From positions 32,001 through 96,000 of the forward strand of contig JBBRLQ010000019.1 in assembly GCA_038231275.1 (NCBI GenBank): a DNA stretch of 64,000 nt, in the 5' to 3' direction. How positions within the stretch are numbered: the stretch's first letter is position 1; each line of letters opens with the position of its first letter. This DNA comes from Polyangiales bacterium (GTDB lineage: Bacteria; Myxococcota_A; Polyangia; Polyangiales; Polyangiaceae). Positions 1 through 9,810 of the stretch are shown one piece after another. Made by a program: the position numbers and the translations under genes. A model generated the notes under the pieces. It worked only from the letters and a program-made list of their open reading frames with translations. It did not search any database and was not told the DNA's origin.

Positions 1-1
1 G

Positions 2-688
2 GCGAGGAAGCTCCACCGCGAGGACGTCGCGGCGTGCCGAATGATCGGCGCGCTCGGCGCCGCGCGAATCCCCGAGGGGGCCACGATCCTCACGCACTGC
101 AACGCCGGCGCGCTCGCGACCGGCGGCTACGGAACCGCGCTCGGCGTCATCCGCGCCGCGCACGAGGCCGGAAAGAACATCCGCGTCATCGCGACGGAGA
201 CGCGCCCGCTCCTCCAGGGCGCTCGCCTCACGGCGTGGGAGCTCGCGCGCGACGGCATCCCCGTCGAGGTGATCACCGACTCGATGGTCGCCTACTTCAT
301 GCGCCGCCGTTCGATCGCCGTCGTCGTCGTCGGCGCCGATCGCATCGCCCGGAATGGCGACACCGCAAACAAGATCGGCACCTACGGCATTGCGTGCATC
401 GCCCACGCGCACGGCATCCCGATGTACGTCGCCGCGCCGTGGAGCACCGTGGATCTCGCGTGCGAGAGCGGCGACGGCATCCCCATCGAAGAGCGCAGCG
501 AGCGCGAGGTGACGCACCCCTTCGATACCGCGATCGTCCCCGAGGCCGTGCGCGCACGGAACCCCGCGTTCGACGTGACGCCGGCGCGCCTCCTCGCAGG
601 GATCGTCACCGAGCGTGGCCTCGCGTCACCGGTGGACGAGGCCGTCCTCGCGGCGCTTGCGTCCGGGGCAAACGCATTGCAGAGCTGA
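2..688 (+). CDS. mtnA: S-methyl-5-thioribose-1-phosphate isomerase (5'-truncated by window edge)
   Basis: Motifs [63 protein letters not shown]. Frame is open from position 2. Confidence 0.95.
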   Translation, partial: ARKLHREDVAACRMIGALGAARIPEGATILTHCNAGALATGGYGTALGVIRAAHEAGKNIRVIATETRPLLQGARLTAWELARDGIPVEVITDSMVAYFMRRRSIAVVVVGADRIARNGDTANKIGTYGIACIAHAHGIPMYVAAPWSTVDLACESGDGIPIEERSEREVTHPFDTAIVPEAVRARNPAFDVTPARLLAGIVTERGLASPVDEAVLAALASGANALQS

Positions 689-694
689 GGGGTC

Positions 695-1621
695 ATGCTT
701 CGCCGCTTCACTGCCTCGCTTCTTTCCATCCTCTCGTTCGCCGGAGCGCTCGGGGCGTGCAGCTCCGCGTCGACGGGGACGTCGGGCGGCTTCACACCGA
801 CCGACGGCGGCGCTCCGACCGACAGCGGTGGCCTCTTCACCGGCAACGACGGCGGCCTCGACCAGAACGGGTGCAGCGCGGCGTCGAAGCTCGTCTACGT
901 CGTCTCGAAAGAAGGCTCGCTCTACAGCTTCGACCCGCCGACGTCGACGTTCACGCAGATCGGCCACCTCGGATGCCCGACCGGCGGACAGCCCAACTCG
1001 ATGGCCGTCGATCGCACCGGCACCGCGTGGATTTCGTACACGAACGGCCCGGTCTTTCGCGTCAGCACCAAGGACGCGGCGTGCACGCCCTCGCCGTACG
1101 TGACCGACCAGCTGGGCTTCCACACCTTCGGGATGGGCTACGCGTCGAACGACGCCGATCCGACGAAGGACACGCTCTACGTCGACGACCACGACGGCAA
1201 GGGGCTCGCGAAGGTCGACGCCCTGAGCGGCAAGGCGACGCTCATCGCGCCGTTCGGTGCGCCGCTCCAGGGCAAGAACGGCGAGCTCACAGGGACCGGC
1301 GACGGCCGCCTGTTCGGCTTCTTCACGACACTGCCGGCTCAGGTCGCCGAGATCAACAAGGCCACCGGCGCCATCCTCTCGAGCCAGGTTCTAAATGCGG
1401 TGAGCACCGGGAGCGAGTGGGCGTTCTCGTTCTGGGGAGGTGACTTCTACCTCTACACGGCGCAGCCCGTCGCCAGCGGCCTCCCGCAGAACGCGACGAC
1501 GTCGGACATCACGCGCTATCGCCCGAGCGACAAGAGCATCACCGTGCTGAAGAAGAACATCGGGTTTCGCATCGTCGGCGCAGGCGTCTCGACCTGCGCG
1601 CCGACGACCGCGCCGAAATGA
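695..1621 (+). CDS. Putative lipoprotein, beta-rich/propeller-like, function unknown
   Basis: Signal peptide with lipobox LGAC, a G/T/D-rich linker, then repeated beta-strand motifs (SMAVDRTGTAW, ELTGTGDGRLFGF, AFSFWGGDFYLY). Confidence 0.75.
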   Translation: MLRRFTASLLSILSFAGALGACSSASTGTSGGFTPTDGGAPTDSGGLFTGNDGGLDQNGCSAASKLVYVVSKEGSLYSFDPPTSTFTQIGHLGCPTGGQPNSMAVDRTGTAWISYTNGPVFRVSTKDAACTPSPYVTDQLGFHTFGMGYASNDADPTKDTLYVDDHDGKGLAKVDALSGKATLIAPFGAPLQGKNGELTGTGDGRLFGFFTTLPAQVAEINKATGAILSSQVLNAVSTGSEWAFSFWGGDFYLYTAQPVASGLPQNATTSDITRYRPSDKSITVLKKNIGFRIVGAGVSTCAPTTAPK

Positions 1622-1690
1622 AGCTGAATTGAAGGCGGATCGAGGGCCGATGGAAGAGGTCGGGTTGACCGGGCTCGCGCGCGGCGCTAC

Positions 1691-2755
1691 GTGGATGCGG
1701 TGACGGCCGACGGTTCTTCTGCGAATCCCCCGCGCTTCGCGCCCAAGCCTGCGTGGCTCAAGGTGCGCGCGCCGGGCGGGGAGGCGTACGGGCGCCTGAA
1801 GGAGACGTTCCGCGCGCTCGACCTCCACACCGTGTGCGAAGAAGCGCGCTGCCCCAACGTGGGCGAGTGCTGGAGCGAGGGCACCGCGACCGTGATGCTC
1901 CTCGGCGACACGTGCACGCGCGGTTGCCGCTTCTGCGCGGTGACCACGGGCGATCCGCGCGGCGCCGTGGACGTGCGCGAGCCCGAGCACGTCGCGCGCG
2001 CGATCGCCAAGCTGGAGCTGCAGTACGTCGTCCTCACGATGGTCGATCGCGACGATCTGCTCGACGGCGGCGCCTCTCACGTCGCGCGCACGGTCTCGCG
2101 TTTGAAGGAGCTTCGGCCCGACATCCTCGTCGAGACGCTGCTCGGCGATTTCGGCGGGCACCTCGACTACGTGGACACGACGGTCGACGCCGCCCCCGAC
2201 GTGTGGGCCCACAACATCGAGGTCGTGAAGCGCCTGCAGCGCACGATCCGCGACGTGCGGTGCTCGTACGACCGCTCCCTCGCGGTCCTTCGCCGCGCCA
2301 AGGAGCGCGCGCCTTCGCGGATCACCAAGTCGAGCGTCATGGTCGGGATCGGGGAGACGGATGACGAGGTGATGGAGACGCTCGCCGATCTGCGCGCCGC
2401 TGGCGTCGATCTGGTCACGCTCGGGCAGTACCTGCGTCCGACGCCGAAGCACGCGAAGGTGGACCGCTACGTCGATCCGTCGACGTTCGAGCGGTTTCGT
2501 GAGGAGGCGACGAAGATGGGCTTTCTCTATGTCGCGAGCGGGCCGCTCGTGCGGAGCTCGTACAAGGCCGCGGAGGTCTTCGTGCGCGGTGTGCTTCGAC
2601 CGGAGGATCCGTCCGCGCACCTCGCGACCCGCCTCGCGGATGCCGTCGCTCGCGCCGCCGCCGCAGGGGGTGCCGGCGCCGGCGCCGACCAGCCAGGACC
2701 AGGCAAAGATCTGCTCCCGGTCACGAGCCTCGTACGCAAGCCCGAAGCTCGGTAG
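1691..2755 (+). CDS. lipA: Lipoyl synthase
   Basis: KPAWLKV, CEEARCPNVGECW, radical SAM CTRGCRFC, LGQYLRP, SGPLVRSSY. Confidence 0.97.
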   Translation: MDAVTADGSSANPPRFAPKPAWLKVRAPGGEAYGRLKETFRALDLHTVCEEARCPNVGECWSEGTATVMLLGDTCTRGCRFCAVTTGDPRGAVDVREPEHVARAIAKLELQYVVLTMVDRDDLLDGGASHVARTVSRLKELRPDILVETLLGDFGGHLDYVDTTVDAAPDVWAHNIEVVKRLQRTIRDVRCSYDRSLAVLRRAKERAPSRITKSSVMVGIGETDDEVMETLADLRAAGVDLVTLGQYLRPTPKHAKVDRYVDPSTFERFREEATKMGFLYVASGPLVRSSYKAAEVFVRGVLRPEDPSAHLATRLADAVARAAAAGGAGAGADQPGPGKDLLPVTSLVRKPEAR

Positions 2756-2767
2756 AATCGGCGGACC

Positions 2768-3385
2768 ATGTTGGTCCTTCATCTCGTGCGTCACGGGGAT
2801 ACGGCGCAGAGCGCCGACGGCGTCTTTTGTGGAGACCTCGACCCTCCGCTCACCGACAAGGGACTCGGGCAGGCCGCACGGCTCGCGCACGCGTTGTCAA
2901 AGCTCTCCCTCACCGCGGCGTACGTGAGCCCGAAGCTGCGCGCGCGCTTGACTGCGCAGCCCACGCTCGACGCGACGCGGCTCACGCCGACCTTCGAAGA
3001 GGGGCTCCGCGAGATCGGGTACGGCTCATGGGAGGGGCGCAAGGAGTCCGAGATCCGGGAGAGCGAGCCCGAGACCTACCGAAACTGGGTGATCGATCCG
3101 GCGGTTCACGCGCCGCCCGGGGGCGAGAGCGGGTACGCGATCGCGGCGCGATCGATGCCCGTCGTCGAGCGCATTCGGCAAGCGCACCCCAGCGGGCACG
3201 TCCTGATCGTCAGCCACAAGGCGACGATCCGCGTGATCACGTGCGCGCTCTTGAACCTGCACATCGGCCGCTTCCGAGATCGCGTGGCGTGCCCGACGGC
3301 GTCGCTCACCACCTTCGAGTTCGGAGACCGCGGGCCGATGCTCGTTCGCATCGCCGACACCAAGCACCTGGAGCAGAAGGGATGA
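2768..3385 (+). CDS. Histidine phosphatase (phosphoglycerate mutase family)
   Basis: LVRHGDT, SPKLRA, LREIGYGSWEG, PGGES, IVSH motifs. Confidence 0.92.
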   Translation: MLVLHLVRHGDTAQSADGVFCGDLDPPLTDKGLGQAARLAHALSKLSLTAAYVSPKLRARLTAQPTLDATRLTPTFEEGLREIGYGSWEGRKESEIRESEPETYRNWVIDPAVHAPPGGESGYAIAARSMPVVERIRQAHPSGHVLIVSHKATIRVITCALLNLHIGRFRDRVACPTASLTTFEFGDRGPMLVRIADTKHLEQKG

Positions 3386-4167
3386 AGAGAGCGGTCGCGT
3401 GCCTGATCCTGATGGCCGCGGCGCTCGTACTCGGCCTGGGGTGCGAGAAGGAGCGTGTCGGGAGCGTGGCGGGACCGCCGCTCGTCGCCGCGCCCGCGCC
3501 GCCTGAACGCCCCGCGACCTTGGAGCTCGTGGAGGTGCGCGGGAAGAACGTCGCCAGCGCGCCGCGAAGCGAGTCGATCACGTTGCGGCCGTGCGAGGAG
3601 GTCCTCGTCACCGCCGTCGCCGCAAAGGTCTCCGTCTTCGGGGAGGAGCTGGACGCGGGGGACACGCTCGTCGCCGTCGGCACCGGGTCGCTCGAGATCA
3701 CGACGCACCTCCCGTCGGCGAGGGTCGCGGTTGCGCGCGTCGTTCCGACCACGGCATGCGGCTCGGCCGGGCCGCTCGCGAAGCACGTTGTCCGCGCCAG
3801 CGCGGCGCCCGAGCTGACGTGGGCGGGCGGCAAGATGCACGCGCACCTGGATGTCGAGAAGGCGATCTCGCCGGTCGCCTACATGGGTCGCCTGAGCGGC
3901 ACCGTGCCCGTCGCCGAGCACACCCACCCCGACTCGTGGGAGCTGATCTGCGCGATCGAAGGGGCGGGCACGTTCCGCGTCGGCGGCAACGAGTCGCGCA
4001 TGGGCGCCGGGCAGTGCGTCGCCGTTCCTCCCGGCGTGAAGCACCAGTGGACGCCGGACGAGGGCACACGCCTCGAGGCGGTTCAGATGTACGTTCCCCC
4101 TGGTCCCGAGCAGCGTTTCCGCGCGCTCGCCGCGGCCGCTGCGGCTCCTCCGGACGGAGGTCGCTGA
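3382..4167 (+). CDS. Cupin-domain lipoprotein
   Basis: ATGA overlap with the upstream stop. Lipobox LGLGC. Cupin motifs EHTHPDSWE and VPPGVKH. Confidence 0.8.
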   Translation: MKRAVACLILMAAALVLGLGCEKERVGSVAGPPLVAAPAPPERPATLELVEVRGKNVASAPRSESITLRPCEEVLVTAVAAKVSVFGEELDAGDTLVAVGTGSLEITTHLPSARVAVARVVPTTACGSAGPLAKHVVRASAAPELTWAGGKMHAHLDVEKAISPVAYMGRLSGTVPVAEHTHPDSWELICAIEGAGTFRVGGNESRMGAGQCVAVPPGVKHQWTPDEGTRLEAVQMYVPPGPEQRFRALAAAAAAPPDGGR

Positions 4168-4168
4168 C

Positions 4169-5212
4169 GTGCAGCGCGCGCAGCCGCTCGCGTCGCTCGA
4201 TGCGCTCCGGCGCGACGCGATGGCGGCGGTCCTCGCGCGCCCTCGGCTCGGCGCGTGGCTCGCGCGTCGGGATCGACGGCTCGCGATCCTGGCGATCGCC
4301 GGCGTCGCGGTCGCGCTCGTCGTGGCGTGCGTCTTCCCGATGGCGGCGCTGGTGCTGGCGCCGCTCGCGCTCGGTGTGCCTCACGTCGCGAGCGACGCGC
4401 GGTACCTCGTGCTCCGCCGCGGGTTGCCGCCGGGTGTGGTGATCGCGGCGGCACTCGGGTGTCTCGCGATGCTGGGGCTTCGCGTGGCCGAGTGGCTCGC
4501 CGCGGATCCGAATGCGTTCGGCGCGCGCGAGATCTTCCTCGGCGCGTCGTGGATCGCGGTTCTCGCCCTCCTCGGCGCGTCGACGTCGGGGCGATGGGCC
4601 CGCGCGCTCGTGGTCATGGGGACGGTCGCCGCCGCCGCCGCCTGGGCGCTGCGCGAGCCCGCGTTCGCCCGGCTCGTCCTCGCGCACGGGCACAACCTCG
4701 TCGGGGTCGCCGTGTGGCTCGCGCTCTTCCGCGTCGCGCGCCGCCCGATGGTGCCGGTCCTCGTCGCGCTCGCGGTCGCGACGCTCTTCGCGGCGACCGG
4801 CGCGCCGCTCCAGGTCGCGCGCGCCCTCGGAACCGATCACGCGCTCGGCATGACCACCGCCGACGCCGCCGCGACGCTGGCCCCCGGGCTCGCCGGATCG
4901 GCGGCGGCAGGGCTCGTCGCGTCGTACGTCCTCCTCCAGGGCGTGCACTACGCGGTGTGGCTCGGATGGATCCCGCAAGACGACGTGCGCGGCGAGGGCA
5001 CCCTCACGTTCGCGATGACCGCGCGTGGCCTCGTACGCGACTTCCGCCCGCTCGGCCTGCTGGTCATCGCGCTCGCGTGGGCCGCCGTCCTCGCCGGCGC
5101 GCTCGTCTCCGCGCGTGGCGCCCGCGACGCGTACCTGGCCGTCGCCTCCTTCCACGCTTACGCCGAGCTCGCGATGCTGGCGTACTTCGCCGTGGCGGGT
5201 TCCCGAAAATAG
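4169..5212 (+). CDS. Polytopic membrane protein with His motifs
   Basis: Many hydrophobic segments. Motifs GVPHVASD, HGHNL, LQGVHY, FHAYAEL. Starts 1 nt after the upstream stop. Confidence 0.7.
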   Translation: MQRAQPLASLDALRRDAMAAVLARPRLGAWLARRDRRLAILAIAGVAVALVVACVFPMAALVLAPLALGVPHVASDARYLVLRRGLPPGVVIAAALGCLAMLGLRVAEWLAADPNAFGAREIFLGASWIAVLALLGASTSGRWARALVVMGTVAAAAAWALREPAFARLVLAHGHNLVGVAVWLALFRVARRPMVPVLVALAVATLFAATGAPLQVARALGTDHALGMTTADAAATLAPGLAGSAAAGLVASYVLLQGVHYAVWLGWIPQDDVRGEGTLTFAMTARGLVRDFRPLGLLVIALAWAAVLAGALVSARGARDAYLAVASFHAYAELAMLAYFAVAGSRK

Positions 5213-5221
5213 GACACCACT

Positions 5222-5237
5222 GTCCGACGCATCGGAC
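5222..5237. promoter_or_regulatory. Inverted repeat GTCCGA-N4-TCGGAC, candidate enhancer-binding-protein site
   Basis: Perfect 6-bp dyad about 45 bp upstream of a sigma54 motif, in an intergenic gap. Confidence 0.4.
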
Positions 5238-5280
5238 GCACGAAAGCCCTCTATTTCCAGGGAAAGCGGTCGTCCGTCCG

Positions 5281-5296
5281 TGGCACGCGCCTCGCA
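5281..5296 (+). promoter_or_regulatory. Sigma54 (-24/-12) promoter
   Basis: TGGCACG-CGCC-TCGCA against consensus TGGCACG-N4-TTGCW. Lies 18 nt before ATG 5315, with a sigma54 activator gene next door. Confidence 0.7.
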
Positions 5297-5314
5297 GTGC
5301 ATGCCGAGACCACC

Positions 5315-5938
5315 ATGACCAACCCCTCCCCGACGCGCCTACGTGCTCTCGCCTTCGTTGCCTGCGCCCTCGGCTCCTTCGCGGCGGCCGGCTGCTCTGG
5401 CTCGAACGAGGCCGACGTCCCCGAGGACGACGTTGCGGTCGAGTCCGCGGCCCTGAGCCGCGCGGGGGTCTGCGATCAAGCGAACCTCGTCACCGAGCAC
5501 TGCTCGTTCCTCGCGTTCGGCATCCAGTGGAACGCGCCGGCGGGCCCGCGAAAGACGATGATCGAGCGCGGCGTGCGCTGGCTCGACATGGGCGTGCCGT
5601 ACTCCAAGTACCGTTCGACAGAAGGCTATCGCCAGGACTGCTCGGGCTCCGTGAGCATGGAGTGGCAGCTTGGCGCGAACCCGTCGACCGCGCAGTTCGC
5701 GCCGTACGGCCACGCGTACTCGTACCAGCTCGGCTCACTCGACGATCTCGAGCCGGGGGACGCGCTGAACCGCGTCGCGCCGCGCGGTCATATCGTCCTC
5801 TTCGCGCAGTGGGCCGACGAGACGCACCAGTCGTTCTTCGTCCTCGAAGAGGCCGCGCCGGGCAGGCTGATGCAGATCCGGACCATGACGCGGTGGGACG
5901 CGAGCAAGTACGTTCCGATCCGCAAGAACGGGCTCTAA
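5315..5938 (+). CDS. NlpC/P60-like cysteine peptidase lipoprotein (putative peptidoglycan hydrolase)
   Basis: Lipobox AAGC. Catalytic-type motifs YRQDCSGSVS, LEPGDAL, GHIVLF. ATG 5315 chosen because the track's 5297 start directly abuts the sigma54 motif. Confidence 0.75.
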   Translation: MTNPSPTRLRALAFVACALGSFAAAGCSGSNEADVPEDDVAVESAALSRAGVCDQANLVTEHCSFLAFGIQWNAPAGPRKTMIERGVRWLDMGVPYSKYRSTEGYRQDCSGSVSMEWQLGANPSTAQFAPYGHAYSYQLGSLDDLEPGDALNRVAPRGHIVLFAQWADETHQSFFVLEEAAPGRLMQIRTMTRWDASKYVPIRKNGL

Positions 5939-5973
5939 GGCGAGGTGTCTGTTGAAGCAGGAGCTCGCCCGCC

Positions 5974-7350
5974 ATGGTACGTTTTGCAGAGGTGAACGGA
6001 TTCGATCGCACCAAGGCCGATCCGCGCGTCGCGGCGCTCCGTGTTCGCGAAGCGTCGATCGATCTGGGCACTTCGCCGGTCGTTCGCGTGCGCGTCGAAG
6101 GCACCGCAGCGGTGGTCGTGGGGAGCGGCGAGAACTGCGACCTTCGCATCACGGACGACGAGACCGTGTCGCGTCAGCACGCGCGCTTCCTACTGACCGA
6201 GGGTGGCCTCTTGGTGGTCGACGAGGGGAGCCGCAACGGGACGTGGATCGGCCCGGTCCGCGTGCAGCGGGCCACGGTGTCGGAGGACACGCGCGTCCGC
6301 GTCGGCAACACGACCCTCGCCGTTCGCATCGACGAGGTGGAGAAAGACATTCCGCTCAGCCGTCGCACGCGCATGGGCGACGCGATCGGGTTCTCGCCGG
6401 AGATGCGCCACGTCTTTTCGCTCCTCGAGCGGGCGGCGGCCACCGAGGTGACGGTGTTACTGGAGGGCGAGAGCGGCGTCGGCAAGGAGGTGCTCACGCG
6501 CGCGCTCCACGCGTTTTCGCCGCGCAAAGACGGGCCCCTCGTCACCATCGACTGCGGCGCGATTCCGCGCGATCTCGTCGAGAGCGAGCTGTTCGGCCAT
6601 GAGCGCGGCGCGTTCACCGGCGCCGGGCAGGCGCGCATCGGATTGTTCGAACAGGCCGACGGCGGAACCATCTTCCTCGACGAGATCGGCGAGCTCCCGC
6701 TCGATCTGCAGCCGAAGCTGCTCCGCGCGCTCGAGGCGCGCGAGGTCAGGCCGGTCGGGGGAAACGCGGTCCGGCACGTCGACGTGCGCGTCGTCGCGGC
6801 GACCAACCGCAACCTGGCCGACGAGGTCAGGCGCGGCACGTTCCGCCAGGATCTCTTCTACCGCCTGTCCGTCGCGCGCATGCGCATCCCGCCGCTCCGC
6901 GATCGCTCGTCGGACATCGACGTGCTGGCGACGGCGTTCTACCGCGAGGTGCTCCGCAACGACAGCGCGTCGCTGCCGCCCGACATCCTCGATCTGCTCC
7001 GCTCGTACCGCTGGCCCGGCAACGTGCGCGAGCTCCGCAACGTCGTCAGCCGCTACGCGCTGCTCGGCTTCTCGGGCCGCGCGCTGTTCGACGATCAATC
7101 GCCGGACGCGCGCGCGAGGGGTGCACCGCCCGCCGAAGGGGCCGCGGACTGGCAGGGGCGGCCGTACCACCAGGCGCGCCAGGTCGTTCTCGATCGCTTC
7201 GAGGTCGAGTTCACGAAGGACGCCATCGGCCGGGCCAACGGCGTCATGCTCCGCGCCGCCGAGCTCGCGGGGATGGCCCGTTCGAGCTTCTATCGGCTCG
7301 TCGAGAAGCACGGGATCCGCGACGCGCAAGATCCCGACGCCGACAAGTAG
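5974..7350 (+). CDS. FHA-domain sigma54-dependent transcriptional activator (Fis-type HTH)
   Basis: FHA (VSRQHA, SRNGTW), Walker [31 protein letters not shown]-terminal HTH. True start may be GTG 5992. Confidence 0.95.
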   Translation: MVRFAEVNGFDRTKADPRVAALRVREASIDLGTSPVVRVRVEGTAAVVVGSGENCDLRITDDETVSRQHARFLLTEGGLLVVDEGSRNGTWIGPVRVQRATVSEDTRVRVGNTTLAVRIDEVEKDIPLSRRTRMGDAIGFSPEMRHVFSLLERAAATEVTVLLEGESGVGKEVLTRALHAFSPRKDGPLVTIDCGAIPRDLVESELFGHERGAFTGAGQARIGLFEQADGGTIFLDEIGELPLDLQPKLLRALEAREVRPVGGNAVRHVDVRVVAATNRNLADEVRRGTFRQDLFYRLSVARMRIPPLRDRSSDIDVLATAFYREVLRNDSASLPPDILDLLRSYRWPGNVRELRNVVSRYALLGFSGRALFDDQSPDARARGAPPAEGAADWQGRPYHQARQVVLDRFEVEFTKDAIGRANGVMLRAAELAGMARSSFYRLVEKHGIRDAQDPDADK

Positions 7351-7375
7351 CGACGCGACGCCCGTGCACGTTCGA

Positions 7376-8281
7376 TCAGAACGATCCCCGCGCCACGAGA
7401 CCGCCGCCGCCCGTCCCGAAGGACACGCTCGTCTTCGGCGTCGGCCAGAAGTAGAGCGTGGCGCCGGCCGCGACGAGCACCCCGCCGCCGATCAAGGAGA
7501 CCGTCGAGAGGGTCGACCATCGGCGCGCGCGATCGTTCGGATCGCTCGCGCTGGGGCCGCACTGGTCTGGGTACGACGGGCATTGCGCCTTCGCGTCGGA
7601 GAGCGCGCCGCTGGCGATGCCGGCGCCGACGACCCCGAACACCACGACGGCGACGCCGGCCCCTCCGACCACGAGACCGATCGTCCGCGTGGGCAACGGC
7701 TCCTTCTGCGCCCCTCCCGTCGGGCGCGTGAGGGGCTCGAGGGCAGGGACGTTCACGGCGGTCGTCGCGGCGTCACGGAGGATGACCGAAGCGCGGAAAG
7801 GACGACGCTCGGGGGCTTCGGCGGCGACGACGTGCGTACCGGGCTCCGCCGCGAACGGGACGTCGAACGACGCCGCGGCGAGCGGCGCGCCGTCGACGGT
7901 GACGCGCACTTCGGTAGCGCCGGCGCCGCGATGGACCACGAGCTTAGGCAACGCGGCGTCGAGGCTTGCGACGTGCGTGTCGGCGACCTTCTGCCAATCG
8001 GCGCGGCCGCGCGCCGCGGAGGCGCTGGACGCGCGCCGAAACGTTTCGAGCGCGAGAACGCGGCGTCCGCTCTTCTCGTAGCACCCGGCGAGGTTGAGGA
8101 GCGTCCCCGCCGCCGGCTCGAGCCGCGCGCTCTCCTCGAGCTTTGGGCACGCCTCCGTCACGCGCCCCGCGTCGAGGAGCGCGACACCCTCGTCGAACAG
8201 CGCGGCGGCGTCCGTCGCGCGCGCCGGCAACGCGAGGAGGACCGCCGCCAGACAAGACGCGATGGAGAGCCTTCCGGTCAT
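7376..8281 (-). CDS. Exported TPR/PEGA-like protein of the type accompanying myxobacterial kinases
   Basis: ATGA overlap with the kinase stop. Signal peptide, TPR-like [23 protein letters not shown]-like VTVDG..PGTHVV, hydrophobic C-terminal segments ending in GSF. Confidence 0.8.
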   Translation of the reverse strand: MTGRLSIASCLAAVLLALPARATDAAALFDEGVALLDAGRVTEACPKLEESARLEPAAGTLLNLAGCYEKSGRRVLALETFRRASSASAARGRADWQKVADTHVASLDAALPKLVVHRGAGATEVRVTVDGAPLAAASFDVPFAAEPGTHVVAAEAPERRPFRASVILRDAATTAVNVPALEPLTRPTGGAQKEPLPTRTIGLVVGGAGVAVVVFGVVGAGIASGALSDAKAQCPSYPDQCGPSASDPNDRARRWSTLSTVSLIGGGVLVAAGATLYFWPTPKTSVSFGTGGGGLVARGSF

Positions 8282-9738
8282 CGCTCGTGGGTCAGGGCGC
8301 CGCCGCTCGACGCGCCGGGATCGGGTTTCGTCGAAGGGGGCGGCGGCGGCCGGACCGTCGGCCTCTTCACCGTCGGGCGCGGCGTCACGACGGCAGCCTG
8401 CGAGCTCGAGGGCGTCGCGAGCGGCGTCGACGTCACGGGCGCCGGCGCGCTCGCCACCGCCGTCGCGCTCGATGCGGCCGTCGGCGAGGCAGGCTCCGAG
8501 GTCGCGCCCGGCGCCGTGGCCGGATCGGAGGGCGAATGACGAAGGCGCACCACGAGGAGGATACCAGCGATCGCCACCGCGGCGGCGAGCGCGATCACGG
8601 CGCCGATCCGCACGGGAGCGACGGGAAAGGACGCCGCCGGAGCGACGACCGGCGACACGCCGGAGGCCCCTCCGAGCAGGACCGCGGTCCGCGCGAGGGC
8701 GTGAGCTTGCCGCGCGCGCGCATCGGGCTGCGGCGTCATCCGCATGGTCGCCGAGGATGGGGCGGTGCTCGCCATCACCGGAGCGAGCAACGTCGGGGTG
8801 ATCGGCGCGGTCATGCTGGACACCTGCCGCCGCGTCGGCGGAGCGGTCTCGGCGGGTCGGTGCGAGGCCTGCAGGTGCTTCAATCGTTCGACGACGTCCG
8901 CGAGAGCGAGCCTCTTCGTCACGTCCTTCTGCAGGCACCCGTGCACGAGGGCGACGAGGTCCGGCGGCAGATCGCCGCGGTGCCGCTCGATGGGCGTCGG
9001 CTCGTGCGTGTACACCTTCACGCTCAGCTCGAAGAACGACTCCGCTTCGTACGGCGTCCTCCCGGTGAGCGCGTTGTACAAGGTGGCCCCGAGCGACCAG
9101 ACGTCGGCCTTCGGGGTGACGCCGAAGCGCGTGTCGAGCTGCTCGGGCGGCATGTACCAAGGCGTGCCGATCATCGAGCCGGTCGTCGTGAGCGACTGCC
9201 CTCCGAACGTCGTGCCGTCGACCTTGGCGATCCCGAAGTCGAGGACCTTGGCCGAGCGGCTGCCGTCGGGAGCCTCCACCACGAAGACGTTCGCCGGCTT
9301 CAGATCGCGGTGGATGATGCCGCGCGCGTGCGCTTCGGTGAGGGCGTCGCAGACCTCGAGGGCGAGATCGACGACGGTGGCGGGGTCGAGCGTGTGCTCG
9401 GCGACGATCGCGGACAAGCTCCGCCCGATCAAGTGCTCCATGACGATGAACGGGGCGCCGGCGCTCGTCCGCCCGACGTCGAAAATCCGCGCGACGTGGG
9501 CGCTCTGCAGCGACACCGACGCGCGCGCCTCGCGGTCGAAGCGCGCCACCGCCTCCTCGCTCCCGACCAGCTCCTGGCGCAGCACCTTGATGGCGACCGG
9601 CGGCCCGCCGTCGACCTGCCGGGCGCAAAAGACGATGCCCATCCCGCCGCGGCCCAAGACCGATTCGGCGACGTACTTGCCCCCGAGGAGCTCACCTTCC
9701 AAGCTGGAGAGCTCGGGGAGTTCGGGTTCGTGATCCAT
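8278..9738 (-). CDS. Membrane-anchored Hanks-type Ser/Thr protein kinase
   Basis: LGRGGMG, VAIK, HRDLKPAN, DFGIAK, GTPWYMPPE, DVWSLG, then a TM helix and a Pro/Thr-rich tail. Confidence 0.96.
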   Translation of the reverse strand: MDHEPELPELSSLEGELLGGKYVAESVLGRGGMGIVFCARQVDGGPPVAIKVLRQELVGSEEAVARFDREARASVSLQSAHVARIFDVGRTSAGAPFIVMEHLIGRSLSAIVAEHTLDPATVVDLALEVCDALTEAHARGIIHRDLKPANVFVVEAPDGSRSAKVLDFGIAKVDGTTFGGQSLTTTGSMIGTPWYMPPEQLDTRFGVTPKADVWSLGATLYNALTGRTPYEAESFFELSVKVYTHEPTPIERHRGDLPPDLVALVHGCLQKDVTKRLALADVVERLKHLQASHRPAETAPPTRRQVSSMTAPITPTLLAPVMASTAPSSATMRMTPQPDARARQAHALARTAVLLGGASGVSPVVAPAASFPVAPVRIGAVIALAAAVAIAGILLVVRLRHSPSDPATAPGATSEPASPTAASSATAVASAPAPVTSTPLATPSSSQAAVVTPRPTVKRPTVRPPPPPSTKPDPGASSGGALTHER

Positions 9739-9810
9739 CCGCGCTCTTGCATGCTAGCGCGGTGCCGGTAGACACACAGCGGAGTCCTTCAACAAATGGT
9801 CGAGAGCCGA

